Positions 54,815 through 64,000 of a stretch of 64,000 nt of DNA are shown piece after piece (position 1 is the stretch's first letter; each line of letters opens with the position of its first letter). The notes under the pieces are model-generated. The model ran no database searches. It was given only the letters and a program-made list of their open reading frames with translations, and was not told the DNA's origin. The DNA is from Bacteroidales bacterium (GTDB lineage Bacteria; Bacteroidota; Bacteroidia; Bacteroidales; UBA12077), in the NCBI GenBank assembly GCA_022360575.1, contig JAKSCO010000069.1, positions 4,702-68,701 on the forward strand. Reading direction: 5' to 3'. The position numbers were made by a program, and so were the translations under genes.

Positions 54815-57502
54815 TTATTTATAATGTTTTCTATAAAACAATAGATAATCTCTAATGATCTTTTCATTAACTAATTTTTCAAGATTAGTTTTCGAAATAG
54901 AAAATAACTTATATTCAATAGTATTTAAATCTTTGAATATTCGTTCTTTTTCAGATCGGAATTTTCTTAGATATTCTTCAGATTTTTTGGCGTCTTTAAA
55001 TTTACTAACGATAATAATATTAGCAAACTCATTAAATTCTTTGTTTTCTACTTCGTAGTTCTCTTGTATAAAGAAATCCAGATTAAAGTTTATAATATTA
55101 AATTTAAGCTGATTGACATCCATTTCTTTAGCCGAGATAATAACAAATACATGTTCTTCGGTTAAATTGTTCGAATAGATTTTTTCTATTTCTTTTAATG
55201 TATGTTGTGTTACAATTTGCTTGATTGTTTCTTCTTTTTTCGAAAGAGGTTTTTCTTCTTCTACATCTAACTCATTAAGATCTTTAAGTTCTTTTTCTTT
55301 TAATGTTGCAAGCAATTGTTGTGCTCGTTCGGCAACAGGGTCATTTTTATAATTAGATTGTATTTTTTCTAGCTCATTTCTTAAAACTGTAGTTCCATAA
55401 TTTTCGCCCATCGAAATTGCTTTCAGAAAAGCATATTTAGGGATGTAAATTGTTTTGGCATATTGTTTAAATGCAATATCGCATCGTTCAATTACTTTTG
55501 AGAAATCTCGTTTCCGATACAAATCTAATGTTTGTTTATAATAATTTTTTCGCTCTAATTCTTCTTTTTCGAATGTCTTAAAGTAATTAGGATCAGTTAA
55601 AATTTTTGCATATATGGTTTCTGGATAATTCCTTGTTATAATGTTTTTGTAAACATTAGCTTTTTGTATGTTTTTTTGTAATTCGTAAACTTTATACATT
55701 CCATAATATATTGCTACCTTATTTTTATTTTCAGGATAACGTTCTACGAGTTGAGTATAAATATCTAATGCTTTTTCATAATCTTTTAAATCATTTCTAT
55801 AAACTTCGCCAGCATTATATAGCGCTTTTTGTATTTTTTTATGAGATGCCTGAATGGCTGAATCAGTTAATGGAAGTTCTACCATGTAATATTCGATGGT
55901 TTTATTACTTAAGCCTTTTTTTGCATCAATAGCATCATCAGTTAGTTCTGTTTCTGATATTTCTTCAAATCCAGTCGATTGTTTATTTTTTCGTCTCCAA
56001 TTGTCTTCTAATTTTCGTCTTCCCCAGCGTCTTTTAAATTCAGGTTCGCCAAAGCTTTTTGCCGAGGGGTTGTAGAAATACCATTTACCTCCTTGGTTTC
56101 CTAAATTACGAGAAGTCATTCCTTGATTGCTCATTCTTTCTAATTGCTGGGCTCTTTCTTCTTCTTGTTGCTTGATTTCTTTTGCCTGTAAATCGGCAAT
56201 TATTTTATTGATAAATTGTTCTCTTTCTTTTTGAGGCATTTTTGCCACTTTTTGTAAACTATCTTGATGGCTAACGATTTTTAGATTATTAACAAGTTTT
56301 GATAAATATTTATTTCTTCGAGCCAACTCGATATATCCAGGGTAATCTTTTCGTAAAGAATTTACTGCGCTATCTAAATATTCTTGCGATTCGACATACT
56401 TTGTCTGATCGAAGAAAATATTTGCTAAAGTTAAAAAGGTAACTCCTTTCTGATTTGTATTTGATGTTGTACTACTAGCCGATTCGATATAATATTCGAT
56501 AGCCTGATTTAAATTCCCTTGGCGATTTTCATATTCGCCTAAAGCAAAATAAATTTGATCCTGATATTCTTTATTTTTATCGTCTTTAAGCATTTTAAAC
56601 AGATCCTCTTTTACTGAAGAATCATTGCCCGAAAATAATGCAGCTCTTTTTAGTGTTGCATTAAATGTCATTTCGTAAGGAGGATTCATTTTAATTACTC
56701 TACGGAAGTATTCTGATGCTTGCATAAAATCTTTGTCGAGTTCTTTCAACTGAGCATAAATATATGTCAGTCTTAGTCTGTCCTTTTTTTTACGAACAAG
56801 ATCAAGTAATTCGAAAACATAAGGAGTAGCTTCGGTATATTTTTGTTGTTTTAAATAAAAATCAGCGTGACTTAATTTTAGTTCGGTTTTTAAATCTTCA
56901 GGATATTCCATTTCTGTATCCAAAAACTCTAAAAGTTTTCGAGCTTCTCTAAAATCTTTTTCTTGAACATAAGTGCGTACCAGCCAATTGTAAGCTAAAT
57001 ATTTTGTTTCTTCTTCGTATTGTTTTATTACATGTTTAAATATTCGAGTAGCACTAGTATAATCGTTTTGATAGAAAAATGCTTTCCCCATAAGCAAGTA
57101 AGCATCGTCGATGTATATATTGTATTCGTTTTTTGCATAAAAGGCTTTATCTTTTTCTGACATTGGCGAGGTGCTCTTGTCGGGCTTTTTAGTAATCGAA
57201 TGCATTCGAATAGATTTTGTCGACTTGTTAATCGTTCTTTCCATATTACTTTTTATGCTCGATGCAATATCAGCATCGCCATAAATAAAAACAGGTAATA
57301 CTTGCGAATAATCTTCAACATACGCTTCTTCGTATTTTGCAACTCCGGCTTTAAAACTTTCCGATCCGTTAAATAAAATATTAAAACGAGTAGTTAAACT
57401 ATGATGAAATCTTGATATTGCTGTATTTTTTTTTGTCGAACAACTATTGCTTATAACAAGTATAAACAAAATCAATATACTATATTTTAAAAATCGATTC
57501 AC
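54815..57502 (-). CDS. TPR-repeat lipoprotein, probably the T9SS component PorW/SprE
   Basis: Lipobox (VISNSC) followed by STKKNTAISRFHHSLTTRFNILFNG, then many TPR-like repeats. It sits adjacent to porX. The assignment comes from remembered N-terminal similarity to SprE and is not verified. Confidence 0.55.
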   Translation of the reverse strand: MNRFLKYSILILFILVISNSCSTKKNTAISRFHHSLTTRFNILFNGSESFKAGVAKYEEAYVEDYSQVLPVFIYGDADIASSIKSNMERTINKSTKSIRMHSITKKPDKSTSPMSEKDKAFYAKNEYNIYIDDAYLLMGKAFFYQNDYTSATRIFKHVIKQYEEETKYLAYNWLVRTYVQEKDFREARKLLEFLDTEMEYPEDLKTELKLSHADFYLKQQKYTEATPYVFELLDLVRKKKDRLRLTYIYAQLKELDKDFMQASEYFRRVIKMNPPYEMTFNATLKRAALFSGNDSSVKEDLFKMLKDDKNKEYQDQIYFALGEYENRQGNLNQAIEYYIESASSTTSNTNQKGVTFLTLANIFFDQTKYVESQEYLDSAVNSLRKDYPGYIELARRNKYLSKLVNNLKIVSHQDSLQKVAKMPQKEREQFINKIIADLQAKEIKQQEEERAQQLERMSNQGMTSRNLGNQGGKWYFYNPSAKSFGEPEFKRRWGRRKLEDNWRRKNKQSTGFEEISETELTDDAIDAKKGLSNKTIEYYMVELPLTDSAIQASHKKIQKALYNAGEVYRNDLKDYEKALDIYTQLVERYPENKNKVAIYYGMYKVYELQKNIQKANVYKNIITRNYPETIYAKILTDPNYFKTFEKEELERKNYYKQTLDLYRKRDFSKVIERCDIAFKQYAKTIYIPKYAFLKAISMGENYGTTVLRNELEKIQSNYKNDPVAERAQQLLATLKEKELKDLNELDVEEEKPLSKKEETIKQIVTQHTLKEIEKIYSNNLTEEHVFVIISAKEMDVNQLKFNIINFNLDFFIQENYEVENKEFNEFANIIIVSKFKDAKKSEEYLRKFRSEKERIFKDLNTIEYKLFSISKTNLEKLVNEKIIRDYLLFYRKHYK

Positions 57503-57716
57503 TAAATTAATTTTTTGTAACTATTATTTGTTATTGAAACACCTATTTTGCTAAATTATTATTTAACAAGTAAACTAATTAAATAAAGAATTTATAAAAC
57601 TAGTAAATATTACTTTTTAGAAAAGAAATAAATTAAAATATTTTAGATTACTTCCTTTTATAAACTCAGTTCTATCTTTCTGTTTTTTATAAGTAAATTA
57701 TTGGTATAAAAGAATT

Positions 57717-57775
57717 ATACCAAAAGAACATCAAAATGAGTGATAAAAATGTTTCATCTTGAAATTCATTTGGCA
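57717..57775 (-). repeat. internally deleted copy D of the dispersed repeat (the two termini joined)
   Basis: The reverse complement reads CCAAATGAATTTCAAGATGAAACATTTTTATCACTCATTTTGATGTTCTTTTGGTAT, i.e. left end plus right end without the ~90-bp core. Confidence 0.7.
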
Positions 57776-58267
57776 CTAATCGAAAGCCTTGATTTTAGTA
57801 TCCCCGTACGATTTGACCCTTCCCTGAAGCATTTGAGCAGTCAATGCTTAATTTTTATAGTCCTCTAAGCATAATTTTGTTATCAATTGTAACTTTTTTG
57901 CAAATAATGCTTTAATCCTTTAAAATAATCAAAAAAATGAGTGTCCCCTGAATAAAATCATTCAAATAATTAAAGATTTGACCCTCCCATTGAAAAAATA
58001 TCTCAAATAATTGAAGATTTGGGCTGTTTCCGAAACGAAATGAGTCGTTTAATTAAGAAAATTTGTTGTCCATTGAGAGAATATAGCTTTCAATTGAACC
58101 AATGAAGCTTTCACTAGAACAGATATTATTATTCGTGGGGCTTTTTAGCTATTCATAAAGGCAAAATAGTATAATTTGGTACTGGAAACAGTTCGAGATT
58201 GTATTGTAACTTTAAAGTTTCTGAAAGCTAATTTTTTTCTGGAGTTAAGCGGTTGTTTTAATTATAA

Positions 58268-58301
58268 AAAAGGCTTTTACGATTTAGAGTAAAAGCCTTT
58301 T
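58268..58301 (-). terminator. groEL terminator hairpin
   Basis: AAAAGGCTTTTAC-gatttaga-GTAAAAGCCTTTT is a 13-bp perfect stem lying 22 nt past the groEL stop. A U-rich tract follows on the minus strand. Confidence 0.7.
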
Positions 58302-58322
58302 TCTTATATGGTTTTATGTTTT

Positions 58323-59996
<1,674 letters not shown>

Positions 59997-60005
59997 CTAA
60001 TTTAA

Positions 60006-60284
60006 TTACTCTACTAAAAGAATATCGTCTTCGCGCATAATTAAATAATCAACGCCATCAATATGAATTTCAGTTCCGCCATATTTTCCATAAATTACAA
60101 CATCGCCAGCTTTTAAAGACATTGGTTCGTCTTTCTTTCCACTACCAACTGCAATTACAGTTCCTTTCTGAGGCTTTTCTTGAGCCGAATCAGGAATGAT
60201 AATACCACTTGCTGTTTTTTCTTCAGCTTTATGTGGTTCAACTAAAACTCGATCTTTTATTGGTTTGTACTTAAATTCTGACAT
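60006..60284 (-). CDS. groS: co-chaperonin GroES
   Basis: [11 protein letters not shown]...[23 protein letters not shown]...[14 protein letters not shown]. Length is 92 aa, directly upstream of groEL. Confidence 0.95.
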   Translation of the reverse strand: MSEFKYKPIKDRVLVEPHKAEEKTASGIIIPDSAQEKPQKGTVIAVGSGKKDEPMSLKAGDVVIYGKYGGTEIHIDGVDYLIMREDDILLVE

Positions 60285-60467
60285 GGTTTCTATATTTTAA
60301 AATGTTTGACTTATTTTTTAATTTCTCGATATCATTTTACATAATTTATGCCAAATGAAAATTATGCAAAATATCTGACATTTTTACCTTAAACGAAATT
60401 AGATACTGCCAAAGAATAAATATAATTAATTGATATAAAATGTGAAAAGTGCTAAGGGTGTAAAAAT

Positions 60468-60500
60468 AAAATGTCAGCCCATCTGTCAGGCTGACATTTT
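60468..60500 (-). terminator. secG terminator hairpin
   Basis: AAAATGTCAGCC-9 nt loop-GGCTGACATTTT is a 12-bp perfect stem lying 30 nt past the secG stop. A T-rich tract follows on the minus strand. Confidence 0.7.
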
Positions 60501-60530
60501 AATATTCTAATTTCTTATATGATAACAACA

Positions 60531-60878
60531 TTATTCTGCAGGTTGTTCTGCTGGAGTTTCAGTTTCTGTTGCTGGAGTTTCGAATTGAGGAACCTGTGAA
60601 GGATCTACAGTTTGTTCAACTTCATCTTTAATTTTTGATTTTTGCTCAACTTCGCCTCTTGGAATAGTCATACTAGCTAATAAGCTAAGAACAACTAATG
60701 AAATTGCTAATCCCCAGGTAAATTTTTCTAAGAAATCGGTTGTTTTTCTTACTCCCATCACTTGATTTGATCCCGCAAAATTAGATGCTAAACCTCCTCC
60801 TTTCGAGTTTTGAACTAAAACAACTAAAATTAGTAATATACTCGCAATAATTATCAACACTGAAACTAATGTGTACAT
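60531..60878 (-). CDS. secG: preprotein translocase subunit SecG (with an acidic/Pro-rich C-terminal tail)
   Basis: ILLILVVLVQNSKGGGLASNFAG...GVRKTTDFLEKFTWGLA is the canonical SecG pattern. Confidence 0.85.
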   Translation of the reverse strand: MYTLVSVLIIIASILLILVVLVQNSKGGGLASNFAGSNQVMGVRKTTDFLEKFTWGLAISLVVLSLLASMTIPRGEVEQKSKIKDEVEQTVDPSQVPQFETPATETETPAEQPAE

Positions 60879-60889
60879 ATCAAATATTT

Positions 60890-61888
60890 TTATTTATTAT
60901 TTATTTTTTCTTTTAACAACTCAATTTGACTCGCAAAGTAAGTATTTTTTTCTGGATATTTCAAACATAATTTACTATAAGCTTTTATTGCCTTTTCGAA
61001 TAAGCCTTGTTTTATATAAACTTTTATTAAGGTTTCGGACAAAAGATCATTGTCTTCTTTTACGCTTTCTTCTGATATATCTGCATTCTCACTTTTCGTG
61101 TTTGCAGGTTTTATTTGAGGTTGATCTTTTATAAATCTCGAAATTAAATCATCGCTTGTTTTTAATGTCGATTCGCCGGCATAATTATCTATGTCAAAAT
61201 AAGGTGTTTGTTTTTCTGGTTTCTTTTTTTCTTTGCTTTCCGAATTTATTAGCTCGAAACTATCTTCTATTTCTTTTATCTCTGTTTCTGGTTTTTCTTT
61301 TTTTGGAGTTTCGTCTATTTGCAATATATCTTTGGGCTTTTGTGTCAATTTAGCATCATCGGGTTCAGCATCAATTGTAATAACATTGTTTTTTCCTGTG
61401 CGTTCATCTTCGATAAAATAAATTTCTGAAGGATATTCTAACTTATCGTCTTCTTTTATAATCGAAAATTCTAGCTGACTTGTAATAGTATCTGATATAT
61501 TTTGACCCATCCCTTCAAAGCTGTTGTTTATTTTTCGACGGACATTCTTATTTTTTAACAGCTTATTTTTAGGTTTACTTTTTGTTTCTTTTTTTGATGG
61601 ATTTTCTTGTAATACTTCTTCTTTTTCTTCTATCTGCTCAGGTTCAATATTATCAGATTTGGTATTTAAAAATTCGTATAATTTATTTCGATCCGAAATG
61701 AAGATTGAAGATTTTGCAAGTTGTTCTTGAAAACTGGTTGAATCATTTTCGTGTAAAGCCTTAAGAAGAAGCATATGAGCCGATTGATAGTACGGAAATT
61801 CTTTTATTACATTTCTAATGCTATCAACATCTACTTGTTTTAACAAATGTGGTGATTCTATATATTTTATAATATCAAATTCTTTCAC
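60890..61888 (-). CDS. hypothetical protein (conserved N-terminal domain, charged linker, TPR-like C-terminus)
   Basis: 332-codon ORF between lptE-like and secG. The EFPYYQSAHMLLLKAL N-terminal motif and the C-terminal LIKVYIKQGLFEKAIKAYSKLCLKYPEKNTYF resemble a single TPR. Confidence 0.5.
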   Translation of the reverse strand: MKEFDIIKYIESPHLLKQVDVDSIRNVIKEFPYYQSAHMLLLKALHENDSTSFQEQLAKSSIFISDRNKLYEFLNTKSDNIEPEQIEEKEEVLQENPSKKETKSKPKNKLLKNKNVRRKINNSFEGMGQNISDTITSQLEFSIIKEDDKLEYPSEIYFIEDERTGKNNVITIDAEPDDAKLTQKPKDILQIDETPKKEKPETEIKEIEDSFELINSESKEKKKPEKQTPYFDIDNYAGESTLKTSDDLISRFIKDQPQIKPANTKSENADISEESVKEDNDLLSETLIKVYIKQGLFEKAIKAYSKLCLKYPEKNTYFASQIELLKEKINNK

Positions 61889-61972
61889 ATGCTTATATTT
61901 TTTTTCCGATACTTGTTTTTTATTTCTTATTAATATTATAATTGGCTTTAAAAAATTTTATTTCAGAAAAGC

Positions 61973-62476
61973 TTACCAATTAACAACAGCTTTGTTGAAT
62001 ATATCTTCGATTAATTTTACCGTAATTTTTTCTACTAATTCTTGTTCTACAGCCGATAAATCTTGGTCACTATTATAATCTTCAAATTGCGAAAAACTTT
62101 GATCAAAATTATATTGAGGTTCTATTTCGTTTGTAAATTTTACATGTATAGTTATTGTTAATCTGTTTTGAGCTGCTACCTCTGCGCTGGTAACTGCAAG
62201 AGGTTTTGTGCTATAACCTGTTATTTGTCCCGAAAAATTGAGATGTCCCATTTCATTTACTAAGGCAAGATCTGTTTGCGATTTAAATTTATCTCTCAAA
62301 GCATCAGTAAGACGTTGTTCTAGTCCGGCCATTGCAAGCGGAGCCCTGTTGTCGAAATATTCAACAGAAATAGTTTTTACGGCAGGAGCAATCGAAGCTC
62401 CGGTTAACGAATATTTTATACTACACGAATAAGTTATTATTAGTAGTGATAATATTATAAAAAATGATTTCTTCAT
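61973..62476 (-). CDS. lptE: LptE-like LPS-assembly lipoprotein
   Basis: Lipobox (ITYSCS), 167 aa, with GASIAPAVKTISVEYFDNRA after the Cys as in Bacteroidota LptE-family proteins. The family call is moderate. Confidence 0.55.
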   Translation of the reverse strand: MKKSFFIILSLLIITYSCSIKYSLTGASIAPAVKTISVEYFDNRAPLAMAGLEQRLTDALRDKFKSQTDLALVNEMGHLNFSGQITGYSTKPLAVTSAEVAAQNRLTITIHVKFTNEIEPQYNFDQSFSQFEDYNSDQDLSAVEQELVEKITVKLIEDIFNKAVVNW

Positions 62477-62552
62477 TCGGTGTTTTTCTTTAATTGTTAT
62501 TTTGCTATGATAAATCTATTTTAATCATAAATTGATATGCAATAATTTGTAT

Positions 62553-63782
62553 CTAGCTAATATTATATTCTTTTATTTTACGATATAGTGTTCGTTCTGA
62601 TATTCCTAATTCGTGGGCTGCGTATTTTCGTTTGCCGTTATGTTTGTCTAAAGCTTTTTGTATTAATTCTATTTCTTTTTCTTCTAACGATAATGATTCT
62701 TCGACAAATTCTTCGGTATCTTCAATATTCGATTCGCTAATTTTATTTGTCGAAGGTGTTTGTTTTATTTCAGGGGTATTTAATATTGCCGACGATGCTT
62801 CTTCGTAGTTTCTAATTATTTGTTCGGCATCCTGAAGACTTTCGGACGAAGTTCCTTTTTGCATAATTTCATGAACCAATTTTTTAAGATTAGTTAAATC
62901 GGCTTTCATATCAAATAGAAACTTATAAAGAATTTCTCGTTCTGTCGAGAATGATTTATCATCAATATCATCCTTATAAACTGCAGGGAGTTTATTAGGA
63001 TAATAATCGGGCAGATATTTTTTTATTACTTCGGTATCAATAATTCGATCTTGTTCGATAACCGATAATTGTTCGGTTATATTTTTTAACTGTCTTACAT
63101 TTCCGGGCCATTCGTAATTATCAAGAACATGTCTGGCTTCGTCGTTTAAGCTAATAGGAGGCATTCTATATCTTTCTGCAAAATCGGTTGCAAATTTTCT
63201 AAATAGTAAATAAATATCGTTGCCTCTATCTTTTAATTTTGGAATAAAAATAGGAACTGTATTCAGACGATAATATAAATCTTCTCTAAATTTATTTGCT
63301 TCGATGGCACGAACCAAATCAACATTCGTTGCTGCAATTATACGAACATTTGTTTTTTGTACCTTCGATGATCCTACTCTTAGAAACTCTCCGGTTTCTA
63401 GAATTCGTAACAATCGGGCTTGTGTTGATAATGGAAGTTCGGCAACCTCGTCTAAAAATATTGTTCCTTCGTTTGCTACTTCAAAATAACCTTTTCGGCT
63501 TTCGAAAGCTCCGGTAAACGATCCCTTTTCATGACCAAATAGTTCAGAATCTATTGTTCCGTCGGGAATTGCTCCACAGTTGACAGGGATGTATTTGCCA
63601 TGTTTTCGCGAGCTGTAGTTATGAATGATCTGAGGAAAGACCTCTTTCCCTGTACCACTTTCGCCGGTTATTAAAACAGCTAAATCAGTTGGAGCTACTT
63701 GAGTAGCAATATCAATAGCCCTGTTTAAACTAGCAGAATTACCTATGATATTAAATCTTTGTTTTACTCTTTGAACATCCAT
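62553..63782 (-). CDS. sigma-54-dependent transcriptional activator (AAA+ bEBP) lacking an N-terminal sensor domain
   Basis: The protein begins directly with the AAA+ module (GESGTGKE Walker A, the GSFTGA sigma-54 contact loop, and FLDEV Walker B). A C-terminal Fis-type HTH is present (AAHELGISERTLYRKIKEY). Confidence 0.85.
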   Translation of the reverse strand: MDVQRVKQRFNIIGNSASLNRAIDIATQVAPTDLAVLITGESGTGKEVFPQIIHNYSSRKHGKYIPVNCGAIPDGTIDSELFGHEKGSFTGAFESRKGYFEVANEGTIFLDEVAELPLSTQARLLRILETGEFLRVGSSKVQKTNVRIIAATNVDLVRAIEANKFREDLYYRLNTVPIFIPKLKDRGNDIYLLFRKFATDFAERYRMPPISLNDEARHVLDNYEWPGNVRQLKNITEQLSVIEQDRIIDTEVIKKYLPDYYPNKLPAVYKDDIDDKSFSTEREILYKFLFDMKADLTNLKKLVHEIMQKGTSSESLQDAEQIIRNYEEASSAILNTPEIKQTPSTNKISESNIEDTEEFVEESLSLEEKEIELIQKALDKHNGKRKYAAHELGISERTLYRKIKEYNIS

Positions 63783-63958
63783 AAAACTCGAGTTTTTGTT
63801 TTTAATATTTTAATTATGTCAAAATTACAATTTTATATGTAAAAATCTTGTATTTTAACAATAATTAAGGAATCAAATATGTCATTAAGTCAGTAAAAAA
63901 TATTTTTATCTTCAAAGTTTAATCCTAATTTTGTTCTTTATTAAATAATTCTTCAACA

Positions 63959-64000
63959 ATGAAATTTATTGGAATAATTCCTTCTCGTTACGAATCAACT
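63959..64000 (+). CDS. kdsB: 5' end of 3-deoxy-manno-octulosonate cytidylyltransferase (CMP-Kdo synthetase), cut by the window edge
   Basis: MKFIGIIPSRYEST matches the KdsB N-terminus pattern (IIPARY.S.R). Only 14 codons are visible. Confidence 0.55.
   Translation, partial: MKFIGIIPSRYEST

Noticed and set aside
60448-60456. AGTGCTAAG upstream of groES resembling one half of a CIRCE (TTAGCACTC-N9-GAGTGCTAA) HrcA operator
   Set aside because: The partner half-site is absent at the required 9-nt spacing on either side, so there is no inverted repeat.

Overview
Visibly AT-rich chromosomal segment that looks Bacteroidota-derived. Supporting markers are T9SS genes (porX and a PorW/SprE-like TPR lipoprotein), a cargo protein with a T9SS C-terminal sorting domain, ribosomal protein THX, and the DUF5683-ParB-ParA arrangement. 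I can support about 50 protein-coding genes. I see no rRNA, tRNA, CRISPR array, transposase or integrase. Most content is housekeeping or envelope biogenesis: glmM, hppA, thyA-folA, parAB, priA, PBP1A, dapD, groES-groEL, secG, lptE, waaA, the kdsB start, a GT4-GT2-GT9 LPS-core block, a heptose kinase, tsaC and tsaE. The unusual material is mostly non-coding. (1) A ~0.45 kb gene-free stretch (19285-19730) carries the pentamer ACATC at strict 21-bp spacing, and the motif flips to GATGT halfway through. (2) A second, unrelated 21-bp-phased array of the GC-rich 9-mer GCAGGGAGC (46009-46279) directly abuts the waaA stop codon. (3) A dispersed ~145-160 bp MITE-like repeat family has 3 full and 2 partial or deleted copies. 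(4) An orphan terminator suggests an unannotated small transcript. Notable proteins: two tandem LRR-Ig-cadherin paralogues of which only one keeps a T9SS sorting domain; a THX ribosomal protein fused to a ~100-aa Lys/Thr-rich tail; an ArsR-controlled thiol-relay plus ArsP-like permease operon with paired operators; a HEPN(Rx4H)-CBS fusion; a duplicated SiaB-like kinase with SiaC but no phosphatase or cyclase; and an M49-like lipoprotein lacking its zinc-binding histidines. All family calls rest on motif recognition by eye. No database search was run.
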